A stretch of 64,000 bases of DNA from Felis catus. Its lineage: Eukaryota. Within the stretch, counting starts at the first letter, position 1; each line of letters begins with the position of its first letter. The translations under genes and the position numbers were made by a program. The stretch is from NCBI RefSeq assembly GCF_018350175.1, contig NC_058368.1, positions 16,246,001 through 16,310,000 of the forward strand, given 5' to 3'. A model generated the notes under the pieces. The model was not told the DNA's origin. It was given only the letters and a program-made list of their open reading frames with translations, and made no database searches. This document shows, one piece after another, positions 26,025 to 38,759 of this stretch.

Positions 26025-26348
26025 TGACAAGGAATTAATGATTTCTTTAGAATAGATAACATCTAAGGAAGGACCAAGTGATTATGACCAGACAAAGCCA
26101 TCATGTGCTCATTCCAGATCACTGGAGCTGGACATCACTACCCGGCTTTCCTTTCCAGGTCCCCCAACCACTCTGTCTGTATCTTCACTCTCTTTATACC
26201 TTCAAAAAACTCTACTCTCACCTCTTGCTGACTTCTGTTTGATTTGTATGCTGTGCTATTTGATTTCTATCCTGTGCCTATCCAGGAACCCTCTTGGCTG
26301 GACCTGTGGAACCTTCTATGGGTCCTCAGACTGGGCCTGCCTATATCA
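26025..26348 (+). mobile_element. Probable ERV LTR 3' fragment
   Basis: agataaca and ccaggaaccctcttggctgg U5-like motifs; ends ...atatca exactly where L1 sequence begins. Confidence 0.45.
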
Positions 26349-26520
26349 ATATGATCCAGCAATTCCACTTCTGGGTATTAATCTGAAGGAAAGAAAAACA
26401 CTAACTTAAAAAGATACCTGCAACCCTCATGTTCATTGCATCATTATTTACAGTAGCCAAGACCTAGAAGCAACCCTAAGAGTCCATTGATGGATGAATA
26501 GATCAAAGAAAATGTGATAT

Positions 26521-26688
26521 AGGGCACCTGGCTGGCTCAGCTGGTTTCTGCTCAGATCATGATCTCACTGTTCATGAGTACAAGCCCCAAATCGGGCTCT
26601 GCACTCACAGTGCAGAACCTACTTGGGATTCACTCCCTCTTTCACTACCCTCCCCTTCAAAAATAAATAAACATTAAAAGAAAAGAAA
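26521..26688 (+). mobile_element. Can-SINE (shortened) nested in L1
   Basis: TSD aaagaaaat(g/a)tgatata. Confidence 0.88.
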
Positions 26689-27101
26689 ATATGATATAAA
26701 TAAATAAACACACACACACAAACACAATCACACTATTGAATATTATTCAGTCATAAAAAAGAAGGAAATCCTGCCATTTGTGACAATCTGAGTAGACCTT
26801 GAGGGAATCATGCTTTGTGAAGTAAGTCAGACAGAGAAAGACAAATACCTTATGATCTCACTATATATGGAATTAAAAAAAAGAACTCATAGATACAAAG
26901 AGAAGACTATAGATTGGTAATTGCCAAAGGAGAGGATTGGGAGAAGGCAAAATGGGTGAAAGGTGAAAGAGCAATATGTAAACTTCCAGTTATAAAATAA
27001 GTAAGTCGTGGGAATGTAATATAATATACAACATGGTGACTATAGTTCATAATATTGTATTGCATGTTTGAAAGTTATAAAGGAATGACTTTTAAAATTC
27101 C

Positions 27102-27585
27102 TGATGAGGGACCATAAGGCAAACTGAGGGCCAAGCCTAAACTAGCACAATCCCCGTGTGTGATATTCCTCAGGTACTCCCAGCTGCCCAAGAACTAAGA
27201 AAAGAACCAAAACAAGTGGTTAAACTGATAGAGTCTTCCTGCAGTTCGCAAATATCTCATCAATAGCCTAATGGAACTCCCTACCATCTTAATAATGCTT
27301 TGCTAGAGGGAAAAACAACCTCAGCATGGCAATACCTAGGCCTTCACTAATCTGTAAATCCTTTTTAGCTTATGGAAATCTCTTTAAGAAACTTTCTCTT
27401 GACTTTACCTCCCCCAGCTCCACAGTATATAAGCAGTCACTCTGCACAACCCCAGGGCACCTCTTCCTGCCCACAGGTCCTGTCCCTGTGCTTTAATATA
27501 ATTACCTTTTTGCACCAAAGATGACTTCAAAAATTCTTTCTTGGCCATCAGCTCTGAAACCCCACCATCACCCTAAAACCCATCA
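27102..27585 (+). mobile_element. Carnivore ERV solo LTR (family A) nested in L1
   Basis: TGATGAGGG...CCCATCA, TSD (a/g)ttcc, TATATAA box, homologous to 538-929. Confidence 0.88.
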
Positions 27586-27756
27586 GTTCCCATTACAAGG
27601 AAAAAAATTTATAACTATGTATGGTGATAGATGTTAAATAGACTTATTGTGGTGATCATTTTGCAATATATACAAATATTGAATCATTCTGTTGTATGTA
27701 CCTCTAAAACTAATATAATGTTATATGGCAATTATACCTCAATTGAAAAAAAAAGA

Positions 27757-27857
27757 AAAAAACCTAAAATATATTCCCTATATTGGGAATATATTCCCTA
27801 AAAACCTAAATAGGGAATATATTCCCTAAAAAACCTAAAATATATTCCCTATATTGG
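27757..27857. repeat. Compound direct and palindromic micro-repeat
   Basis: 30-bp direct repeat aaaaaacctaaaatatattccctatattgg flanking palindromes gggaatatattccc and tagggaatatattcccta. Confidence 0.85.
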
Positions 27858-28628
27858 TCAAATTATGCTGTTGTAGATAAACTATAACCATGGCCTTTAC
27901 CAAGTTACTCTCTAATCTCTGTGGTTTTCCACTTTGGGGCATTAATGGCAGCCCTCATAGGTGTAAAAACACCAATCACTGAGGTGTTAGAGCATTTCAT
28001 ACCTGGGAAGGTTCACTTCTTTCACAGAGGTGTAGGTTGACTTTGTCCTGGGGATTGGTTTTAGAATGTTTGGTGGTTGTTTTTTTGTTTTTGTTTTTGT
28101 TTTTCAAGAGAACAGGGCCATGAGCCAAAGATGCTAAGCTTTGTTCATTATTAAACAAAAGTTGGAACTCAACTCTCTTCACACAAACTTTACATAGGAC
28201 ATATCGTTTCTCCCTTTAGCTATGTTGTTTCCTTATGGGGAATATCCTTTTTATGAGTACATTTTTCTTATAACTTGTCCTGATAATGGTAGCTAAATAG
28301 CTCTTTCTCATTCTTGCCTATTCTAGCTGATGTCGCTGATGAATTTAGCATTTAATTATAAACTCTCGCTTATATTTAGTAGATTTTCCGTATTTTCTTG
28401 TTTCCCACCTAGACTGTCATACACTTTAACATTTTAGCAAACAGTTCATGATTCTTGACAAATATATATATACTCCAATCAAGATAACATATACACTACA
28501 AATCAAGATATTTAATGCCCTGAAAAACTTCCTGTTCTCTTATTTAGTTTACTCCCCCCATCTCCATTTCTCCATTTATAGGCAAGCACTAATCTGCTTT
28601 TTGTCACTGTAAAATAGTTTGCATTCTT

Positions 28629-28880
28629 TAAAAAAATTTTTTTTAATGTTTACTTATTTAAAAAAAAATTTTTTTAACGTTTATTTATTATTGAGAGACA
28701 GAGAGACACAGAGCATGAGCAGGGGAGGGTCAGAGAGAGGGGGAGACACAGAATCTGAAGCAGGTTCCAGGCTCTGAGCTGTCAGCACGGAGCCTGACAT
28801 GGGGCTCGAATTCATAAACCGCAAGGTCATGACCTGAGCCAAAGTCGGACGCTTAACCGACTGAATGACCCAGGTACCCC
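28629..28880 (-). mobile_element. Can-SINE with duplicated tail
   Basis: TSD tagtttgcattctt. Confidence 0.95.
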
Positions 28881-28942
28881 GATTAGTTTGCATTCTTCAG
28901 AAAAACAACATAAACATACTCTTATTAAAGACACAACTTCTT

Positions 28943-29145
28943 AGGGTGCCTGGGTGGCTCAGGTGGTTGGGGTCTGACTCTTGATTTTGGCTCAGGTCAT
29001 GATCTCACGGTCTTGAGATTGAGCCCCATGAGGGGCTCTGGGCTGAGCACAGAGCCTGTTTAGGATTCCGTCCCTCTCCTTCTGCTCCTTTCCTGCGCCA
29101 GCATGGAACTGCTTGTGCTCTCCCTCTCTCTCAAAAAAATAATTG
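28943..29145 (+). mobile_element. Can-SINE (older)
   Basis: Head agggtgcctgggtggctcag; imperfect TSD aaagac..acttctt. Confidence 0.9.
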
Positions 29146-29176
29146 AAGAAAAGACTTCTTCCACTTAGCATAATGG

Positions 29177-29403
29177 GTTTTTTTTTTTAATTTTTTTTTC
29201 CAACGTTTATTTATTTTTGGGACAGAGAGAGACAGAGCATGAACGGGGGAGGGGCAGAGAGAGAGGGAGACACAGAATCGGAAACAGGCTCCAGGCTCTG
29301 AGCCATCAGCCCAGAGCCCGACGCGGGGCTCGAACTCCCGGACCGCGAGATCGTGACCTGGCTGAAGTCGGACGCTTAACCGACTGCGCCACCCAGGCGC
29401 CCC
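29177..29403 (-). mobile_element. Young felid Can-SINE inserted at the tail of an older SINE
   Basis: Near-consensus; flanked by gggttttttttttt on both sides. Confidence 0.96.
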
Positions 29404-29406
29404 GGG

Positions 29407-29613
29407 TTTTTTTTTTTTTTTTAATGTTTATTTATTTTTGAGAGACAGGGAGCTCGAGCAGTGGAGGGGCAGAGAGAAAGGGAGACAGAGGATCTGAAGC
29501 AGATTCTGCACTGTCAGTGCAGAACCCAATGTGGGGGCTCAAACTCATGAACTGTGAGATCATGACCTGAACCGAAGTCAGACGCTTAACTGGCTGAGTC
29601 ACCCAGGCTCCCC
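29407..29613 (-). mobile_element. Can-SINE (host of the nested young copy)
   Basis: Outer TSD cttagcataatg brackets both SINEs. Confidence 0.94.
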
Positions 29614-30754
29614 TTAGCATAATGTTTTGAGATTTATTTTTACTGCTGCATATATCAATAATTTGTTTCTTTTATTAATGGATAGTGTTCTGTTGGATGG
29701 GTATACCACATTTTATCCACTAATTTGCTGATAGATATTAGGTTATTTTTGATTATCAAAAATCAGATTCCTATGAATATTTATGTACATATCTTTGTGT
29801 GGACATATGTTTTCATTCCTTTTGAGTAATTACCTAAGAAGGAAATAGTTGAGTTGTATGGTAGCTGTATCTTTAACTCTTTAAGAAACTGCCAATGTTC
29901 TGGTCATTTTGCAGTTTTACATTCTCACTAGCAGTATATGAAAGTTGCAAATGTTTCATTCATGCATTTGTTGTTAGTCTTTTAAATTTTGGCTATTCTA
30001 ATGGTGAGTAGTCCCCCTACTCATTGTCATTTTAATTTTCATATCCCTGATGGCTAATGATGTTAAGCATTTTTTCATGTGCTTATTGGCTGTTTATATA
30101 TCTTTAGTGAAGTGTCTGTTCAAATCTTTTGCTTATTTGTTTATTGGATTGCTTATTTTCTTACTGTGTTTGAAACTGCTAAATATATTCTAACTGTAGG
30201 TCCTTTGTTTTAAATGTGTTTGCAAATGTTTCTTGGAAATTTGTGGATTTTCTTTTTAATCTCTTTCAAATCTCTTAATTTTCATAAGGTTCAATTTACT
30301 ATTATTTTTTCCTTTATTAATCATAGTTTGGGTTTTTTACACATATATATCATAATTTTTCTTTCATGTTTTCTTTTAGCAATGGTTACAGTCTTATTTG
30401 TTTAAAAGGTAATTTTTTTTCTGTTGAATTAACTATACTATTGTCAAAAATTAGTTGTCTATATTTATGTTATTGAGTGAATAGTCTCTTAAGTTTGACC
30501 TTCTTGATGATTTCATCTTTATCATTATGAAATATATGCACTTATCACTGATATTTTTATTCTTATATTTTCTTTGCTTTTCATATATTAATATAGCCAC
30601 TGCAGTTCTTCTTGTTGACATTTGTATTTTGTAACTGATTGTATCCCTGTATTTTGACCTACTTCTGTGCACATATACACAAAACTGGTGTTTATATTAT
30701 ACTTAGTTTGTTTTTATATTACAATTATAGAAATAGGAAATATCATAGGAAAAG

Positions 30755-31075
30755 ATAGGTAGGATTCAGTGGGCAGAAAGGGAAGGATTAGGACCTGAGA
30801 TCCCTGGGTGGGGAAAAACTCATATTTTGGAACAATGCTGGCAGGGTCTGAGCACAGCAAACCCTCTCGGGCTAAAGATTCCTCATAAGAATGCAACAGA
30901 CCACCTACTCCCCCTCAGGTTCCCCTCAGGAATTTGACTAAAGACCTGACTAAAAATAAGAAGTAAACCATAAAACATATGGAGATATATGTCCAGAGAA
31001 AGGTCTGGACATAGACCACCCCTCATACAATGGAAACACAAGCCAATCAGGAATGGACAACCCAGCACCTATTCT
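30755..31075 (+). mobile_element. Probable ERV LTR 5' fragment
   Basis: Higher-GC island with agccaatcagg CCAAT box and LTR-like composition; no clear termini. Confidence 0.35.
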
Positions 31076-32159
31076 TTTTACTATTTCTGCACAGTGGATT
31101 TTTACATTTCTTGCAAATTTGTTTTGTTTATATGTTTGCAAACAAGCAAAATAACCTTGCTGATACCACACAGAAAATGCCTATAAAACAATGGAATATA
31201 TACATTTATTTTTAATAATAGAAATATAAATTATTTTGGTTATAAAAATGTTTTGGGGAATTCTTCACTGCTAAAGAAAAATCAGAAATGAAATATTTCC
31301 AAATATTTGAGGGAACATAAAGCTACCTATGACAGCATATTTAGGCTATATGTGTTTGCTATTGTTGTGTTGTAAGGGTTGGGGATGGAGGAGGCTAATT
31401 TATTATGTCTCCTTTTTTCAGGTTTCAAATAAATTGAGACTAGACCATGAAGTCAGATTGGGATAAGAATATAGCTTTAGCAATGATAAAACTTGATTGG
31501 AGAATGTGGGGTGGACTGGTAGTGAGAATTGGTATGCACTATGGCCTGTCCTGTCACAGACAGTAGAGCAGCTAGAGAGTTTCTAGTACCACTGCAGGCT
31601 GGGGAAGCCCTTCCACTGTGAGCTAATCAAATGTAGGGGAGTGGGTGAGGAGGGAAAGGCAAGTTTCTTGTAGAACCAAGGGGCATGGTCAAGTATTAAT
31701 GTGTTCATTTTCCAATCTTATGTCATACTTCTTTTGTGGGAAGAAATGAATAACTGGTGGGAAGATAAAAGCTTCTTCCCAAAAGCTTCATCAAGACAGT
31801 GGAAGACTGAGGGGGAGTAGAAGCGAATGTTTTCCCTTACAATGGCCATTTTGTTAAAGCCAATAGGCCGACCTTAGGTTCTCCTTGTTTATTGTCTGTG
31901 TTGTGATCTATAGAGAAAGACAAATGACTGTTCACAAAAAGTATAGTGAAAATGTCCTGGACAACTCAAGTTAGTAACTTAGGCTTTAATGATTAAAAGC
32001 TTGAATAGTTCATGTGGTTCGAGTTTTCTAAAAAAATCAAATTACAAGGATAATTGCTTGATTATTTGCTGTATTTCCCTAAATCAATAAAATAAACAAG
32101 AGTGAAATTTTTTCTACAATGTTTATAATTAAGACTTATTATTTCTTTCTTTTTTAAAA

Positions 32160-32370
32160 TTCTGTTTTAACTTTATTTATTTATTTTTGAGAGAGAGACA
32201 GAGACAGTGAGCAGGGGAGGGGCACAGAGAGAGGGAGGGAGAATCCTAAGCAGATTCCATGCCATCAGTTGTGCACCAGATGTGGGGCTTGAACTCACGA
32301 ACTGTGAGGTCATGACCCGAGCTGAAACCAAGAGTCGGACGCTTAATGGATTGAGCCACCCAGGCGCACC
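32160..32370 (-). mobile_element. Can-SINE
   Basis: TSD aagacttatt. Confidence 0.93.
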
Positions 32371-32481
32371 AAGACTTATTTCTAATTGTAAACTTAAAGT
32401 CACATTATTATTTTAATATATCTGTATTCAGTTTATATTTAATTATATATTAATTTATGTATATATTTATATTATATATTC

Positions 32482-32703
32482 TTTATTTTATTTATTTTTT
32501 AAATTTATTTATTTTTGAGACAGAGAGAGACAGAGCATGAACGGGGGAGGGTCAGAGAGAGAGGGAGACACAGAATTGGAAGCAGGCTCCAGGCTCTGAG
32601 CCATCAGCCCAGAGCCCAACGCGGGGCTGGAACTCACAGACGGTGAGATCAGTGACCTGAGCTGAAGTCGGACGCTTAACCCACTGAGCCACACAGGCAC
32701 CCC
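32482..32703 (-). mobile_element. Felid Can-SINE
   Basis: Full-length with gccatcagcccagagccc diagnostic; AT-rich TSD. Confidence 0.95.
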
Positions 32704-32987
32704 TATTATTTATTTTATAATTGGTCTATGGGAAAGAAAGAAATATTATTAATTTAAAACCTAGTAACAGCTCAAGATTAAAAAAACAATTAATTGACAT
32801 GGCTTAGAGATTGATGGTCACATTCCTCAAGAGATAGCATGAACTATTTAGAGTTCAGAGGACTATAGGTCAAAGACTTAAAATAACATTGAAACCCATT
32901 TTCATTACAGAAATAAAAGAGGAAAGTCATGAGTGTAGTAAAGATCTAAATCTCTCAACCAGATCTTTTTTCTGTAACATGGTTCTG

Positions 32988-33032
32988 GATATATATATAT
33001 ATATCTGATATATATATATGTATATATATCTA

Positions 33033-33082
<50 letters not shown>

Positions 33083-33083
33083 C
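32988..33083. repeat. Interrupted (TA)n microsatellite
   Basis: TA runs separated by tctga units; source of the YIYIYI ORFs. Confidence 0.93.
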
Positions 33084-36042
33084 TGAGAGATTGAAGAAAA
33101 AGTGTATACACTTTTTCTTCAATCTCTCAGCCTTTGGTTTAAATGATTCTAAATTGCCACAGTGCCCAGATCTGTGCCTCAATAAAATAAACTTATCAAA
33201 AAAACTCTCTCTTTGAAAAAATTTTTCCAATAAGTTAATTGATTACAGGCTCTCCAGATCTGATATTGCCAACACTTACTAGTCTACAATGAATCATATA
33301 TATGGCTAATGGAAAAGGACTATAGTATGGGTGATAGTTTCCACATTCAATGATTTTAATTATAGTTACATTATGACTACAGAGCACATTACCTTCAAAA
33401 TTAACTTTCTCCAAAGCTTCTTCAATCATCTTCAAACTCCATGGACATTTCTTCATTATGTCATCTTAGTAGTACACAATCAGTATTTGTATATTGTTTT
33501 GATCTTTCTTAACATCACAAAGAAGAAAAATTGCAACCATGCGCCTTTCTTTCCCCAGTTAGATAATATTTGAGAGCAGAGGTTACTTTTTCTTCCTGTT
33601 TTGAATCCCTTATAACAATCTAGTCCAGAAATAGAAATTAGTGTGATGAAGTTCTTTGTCATGTTCGATACCAACCTAAATTTGTGGGCAGATTTATTTG
33701 GTATGTTGATTTCCATGTGATGAACGTTCTTAGGGTATATCCAAATATTGAATATATCAAATCCTTTTGGCAACTACACATTATATATACTTAATATAGA
33801 GTCATGATTTGCAAACCACTGTGCTAGGCATTGGGGAGTAATAAATAAAGATTAGTATAAAGATGGTACTCTCTGCCTTTAAAGTGAGATTAATTGAAAA
33901 CGGGTTGGGGGCATGGTAAAGCATACAGACTGAGAAACAGTCTTATTTAATTTACCTTAAATAAGAACAAGGCTAGTCCTTGCACTGGAGAACCAGCAAT
34001 GGTCCAGGCCAATTCCATTGCCCCAGGATATCTATAGCAGCACCTATTTTTTCTACCATTATTATTCCAATCTTTTAGGACATTAAAAATTTTCCTCTTT
34101 ATAAAATCCTTTTTTAGAGCAGAAATAGTCTTTGAAGGATCACATTTAAATTATTGCTAGCTAATTTTAGTGATCTGGCAAAATTTTGGAAAGAATTAAT
34201 TAGATGCTCAGAATAAAAATGGAGACCAAAACAGATTTTCAGTGGAGTTCACAAGGACACTAACAGAACAGGTAAAAGTGACAATTCATTTGTGATGCAT
34301 TTCAGTGTTCTGTGAGGAAGAAAATGACAACAACCAAAAATAAATGATGGTGTTACCGTATAAAGAGAATAATTAAAATGCTGTTTTAGAGGTATCGTTT
34401 TTATCAAGGAGAGATGTTTGTTTGCAATATGCCATAAAGTGAAAAAAGGATTTTTTGAAGTGCTACAATATGAATATTTACTTTGTTGAAATACATATAT
34501 GAATAGAAAAAATTGAAAATATATAGACCAAAAAATGTGTTAACCCTGAACAGTTGGATGAATTTATGGTTAATGTTTTAATATTTTTCTTCCAATATTT
34601 GGAGCAAGTATTACTCTGTACTTTTTCTACCATTTTTAACTTTTTAATTGATATACAATAAAGGTATATAAATGTGTGCAAATCATAAATCAACAACTTG
34701 ATGCCTTTTCACAAGTCGAGTATGCCAGTGAACACAATACCCAAATCAAGAAACAGAACATTATCAAATATCTCAAGAGTAGCCTATTTCCTTCCACCTC
34801 CTTCCATTTACTGCCTTGTAATAATTTTCTTAAAGCTATTAACTTTAATCTTGGGTAGAGGTCTGTATGAACATATGGTATTATGTTAACGCACATACAA
34901 CTTGCCAAATTCTTTTTGTGGTTAATACATGTTGGGTACACAAAGTTTCAGATGTTTAACTGAATCAGTATTTGTGAATGTACTTGTAGACCCAAACTAC
35001 ATCATACAAATGCAAGTAATTATTATTTTATACTTCTCTGACCTGAGAAGCAAAGACACTAACTGACTTGCTTATAATTTTCCTTCCCATTTTTTTAGTT
35101 AACTAATATTTATTTCACACAATTTGAGGTTGATCATGTAGGTAACAGGATCTAATGGAATACAATTCAAGGCTCCTTATGTGATGCCTTTTTCCTATTC
35201 CAACACAAGGACTGGAGATTTGGCCATTTTTGTCAAAGTGGATGACTAGTTTGGAAAGATTACAGTTTAGATTGGATGCTCTTTCCTTAAAGAATCTGTG
35301 CTTGTCAGCTTCCCAAACTGGTCAAATCAGTGACCAAATCCCCATGAGACTGCACACATGTAAATGATATTTGTAAAGTCTCTCAGAGTTAATGAATGTG
35401 AAATTTATAGCAGCCTCTCAGTTGGGGAACTAGCCTTCTGGATGGATGTCAGTTTTAACCCAGTAATTACTTCTCCGGATTTCTCTCAATTCCTCTAAGA
35501 CCAGAGTATTTTCACAACTGGAAGACATCCATCTATTATTTGAAATCATGATTCTCAAATTTTGAATTAATAAAGTATAACCAAAGTAAATTATGCTAAT
35601 TTTGAAAATGTATTAAATTATCATATATGGTAAACATGAGAGGAAGCTAGTTATGAGAATATTTAAGATATTGACCAATAGCTAAATAAGTGTATCCTTT
35701 TACTTCTTTCTTTAGTAACAGTTTATATTAACTGACAAATTGTGAGGCCAGCTTGTATCAAAGAAGAGTGCTTCTACAAAACGTAGGAGGTTTTGAAAAG
35801 AATGAAATAGTTCTGTATATACCAATAGGGAAGATCTTTACAATATATCACTATTTAAAAAAAAAAAAGATTGGCATAGGAAATAGTTTTAATATGCTAC
35901 CTTTGATGTATAGAATGAATAAATAGATGAGTAGATAGATATGCTCATATTTCCACAGTATAGTTTTTGAAGGCAACATAGAAAATTGGAGAGAATGGTT
36001 AGGGGTAGGAAGGAAATGTTCTTTTTAAAAATAGGATAATCT

Positions 36043-36308
36043 GGGGGCACCTCGGTGGCCCAGTCAATTAAGCATCCAACTTTGGCTCAGGTCATGATCT
36101 TGCTGTTCGTGAGTTCGACTCCCACGTCAGGCTCTGTGCTAACAGCTCAGAGCCTGGAGCCTGCTTCAGATTCTGTGTCTTCCTCTCTCTCTGCCCCTCT
36201 CCCACTCACACTCTGTCTCTATCTCAAAAATAAATCTCAAAAATAAATAAACATAAAAAAATAAAAATCTCAAAAATAAATCTCAAAAATAAACATAAAA
36301 AAATAAAA
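36043..36308 (+). mobile_element. Can-SINE with tandemly reiterated tail
   Basis: Tail has four copies of atctcaaaaataaa; TSD gataatct. Confidence 0.94.
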
Positions 36309-37966
36309 TATATATGATAATCTATATTTTGTATTTCATTCCATATGTATTTATTATCTCTACTGAAACATATTTTGAAAAAAAGAACACAAAATACTCT
36401 GGACTGTACAATTTAGGACCCTAAGAACAAAACCAGACCTATAAACCCTTTATTCCAATATTTAATCCTTGCTTCCTAATGAAGTTGTCTTCTGTTTTGT
36501 CACACTGTCACTCAAGGCTACAGATCTTTCATAAGTAATTTTTCTTGGTTTCTTCCTTAGTGTTTTTTCAAATACATGTTAATTAGTGTCTGTGACCAAT
36601 CATGCATGGTAAGAGTGATAGAATCAAGTATATGTAAAGGCAATGGATTCAGTTAATGAAGGTATTTGGACTCACAATAGGTTTTTGTAGTGTTCCAGTT
36701 GATGTCAGAGCCTATATACAATGGTCACTAAATCAATCACCCAGTTAGTTTATACTCTTCTCACAGATACTGTATTGCACAAAGAGGTGGTCAGTATTTC
36801 CATGGTTTATAGACTTTGCTATTATTATTACATGGGGTAAACTTTGGTATTGTTTCTAAAGCTTTGTGTTCTGTTTTGTAAGAGTCACTGATTTAAATGA
36901 TCAAACTTACTTTTAACAAACATTTTATTTATTTATTTTTGATCTATTTACGTGTGACCCAAATAAGATTCAGTAGAAGATAAAAACCCAAACCAAATAT
37001 TAAAATTTAAAAGATCAGTAAGGTGAAATACAACCAGATCAGGTGTTTATTTGAATCTTAAAAAAAAAACCCTACTTTTGAACAGCTGGTCCCATATAAT
37101 ACAGTGTCTATTTTAACAAATCCACTCTTCCAACTTCATGATTTTCTCTTCTCCTTGCCATGTTCCAAAGGTTATAGTCAATTAGTTTCAACTCAAGTGA
37201 ATATTCTGAAGAATTGACTTTTATATTTTGTATACACTCTTCAAATTTATGCCAAATTGTTCATCTTTCCTGCTCTCTCACTCACTTACTCTTGTGAACT
37301 TATTTTTCTACCTTCATTAAGACCCTTTTTAAAAAATCTAGTTTCTCATGCAGGTCTTAGTTTTATATTAATTCCATAGAGTATTAACTGTGCTTCTCTA
37401 GCTCTGTCAACTCTCATACCCACAAATTTTCTCTTGTTCCTGCTATCCTGATTCCTAAAATTACATAGTAAACCTTCTTTGTATCTCCTTCTGGTGATTT
37501 TGAGCTGATTAAGAAAATCACAGTATCTTTAGGATCATTACCAGTATAAATATGTGGTCTAAATTGGAAAGTGATTACCAACAGATGAGGGTATATATAT
37601 GAGGCATCCTTACAGGTATCTTGAAAGCTAGTGTGGCATATTTAACAACATGTAATTCAATATTCAGGGCACTAAAAAAATCACAGATTTTATTACCTTG
37701 TCTTGGTAATACAAACCTTAGAGTCAACTTCAACAAAATTTTGAAGCTAATTTCTTAACTCTGGGTGAGAAGCATTTAATTGTGACAAGTGTTTCCATAA
37801 AAACAAGAGAAAAATGGATAAATTACATAGATCATATTCCACAGAGAACTTTAGAAAGAATGAGTACTAGATGAGATAATGTTCCAGAGAGTAGAGAACC
37901 TTTTTGTTCCTCCAACCCTAGGGACATTTGCTGATTCTTTGGGAAAGCTAATGATTGGGCCTGATC

Positions 37967-38187
37967 TTTTTTTTTTTTTTTTTTCAACATTTATTTATTT
38001 TTGGGACAGAGAGAGACAGAGCATGAACAGGGGAGGGGCAGAGAGAGAGGGAGACACAGAATCGGAAACAGGCTCCAGGCTCTGAGCCATCAGCCCAGAG
38101 CCCGACGCGGGGCTCAAACTCACGGACCGCGAGATCGTGACCTGGCTGAAGTCGGACGCTTAACCGACTGCGCCACCCAGGTGCCCC
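37967..38187 (-). mobile_element. Young felid Can-SINE
   Basis: Perfect 16-bp TSD gattgggcctgatctt (37953-37968 and 38189-38204). Confidence 0.97.
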
Positions 38188-38759
38188 AGATTGGGCCTGA
38201 TCTTGACAGAAAATTTTTGTTGGGGAGAGGAAGCCAAAGTAGCACTTTTAGTAGTCATGCTAAGCTACAGTGACAATTTGGAAAACTGAGACATATTCAG
38301 GGGGCATTTGATGACTGAGGCTCAATAGAAGGCTGGGGAGCTAGAATCGGCCTTCCAAAAGACCGATTTCATTCCAAGAGAATGAAATCTCTCTGGCATA
38401 ATTTAAGAAGCCAAGCCTTCAAGTGGGAAGAGGCCAACTTAATCTCACTGTCAATCTCCCCCTCAAGACATCTGCCAGAGTTTGAAGCCATATTGGCAAG
38501 AAGTTGGAAAGCTTGGCTAGAAATCTTTAATATTCAGTTAATGTTAAATTCAAATATTATATCTGTTTTTAATATTTAATATTTTTAATAATGTACAGTA
38601 TTTCAAGACTGATGAGATAGATACCTTCTAGGTGATTTCAATCTAAACCCAGGACACATATGCTAGAAAAACAGAGTTGACCCAGAAGTAGATAGATTCA
38701 AACTAAATCTCTAAAGATATACAGAACAGGCTTATTTTTATTCTTAATTGATATAGTCA

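Larger units (their letters stand above)
26349..27756 (+). mobile_element. L1 3' fragment (L1MA9/L1_Carn7-like) with nested SINE and LTR
   Basis: atatgatccagcaattccacttctgggtat...catgttcattgcatcattatt...aaatcctgccatttgtgacaa...ttatatggcaattatacctcaat followed by an A-tail. Confidence 0.88.
28430..30700 (-). mobile_element. Old L1 (L1MB/MC-like) 3' region with four nested SINEs
   Basis: tttgtgtggacatatgttttcatt...aagaaactgcc...acattctcactagcagtatatg...ccctgatggctaatgatgttaagcattttttcatgtgcttattggc. Confidence 0.75.

Noticed and set aside
27785..27828. GGGAATATATTCCC as an NF-kB site
   Set aside because: Spacing between the GGG and CCC halves is too long for the 10-11 bp kB consensus; better explained as a repair palindrome.
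33235..33773. Minus-strand ORFs and an exon-like stretch (MKKCPWSLKMIEEALEKVNFE followed by gtaatg)
   Set aside because: No convincing polypyrimidine acceptor, no recognisable protein similarity and no partner exons; a non-coding exon cannot be excluded.
38355..38390. Small hairpin gatttcattc-caaga-gaatgaaatc
   Set aside because: A 10-bp stem is plausible by chance in 64 kb of AT-rich DNA and is too short for a pre-miRNA.
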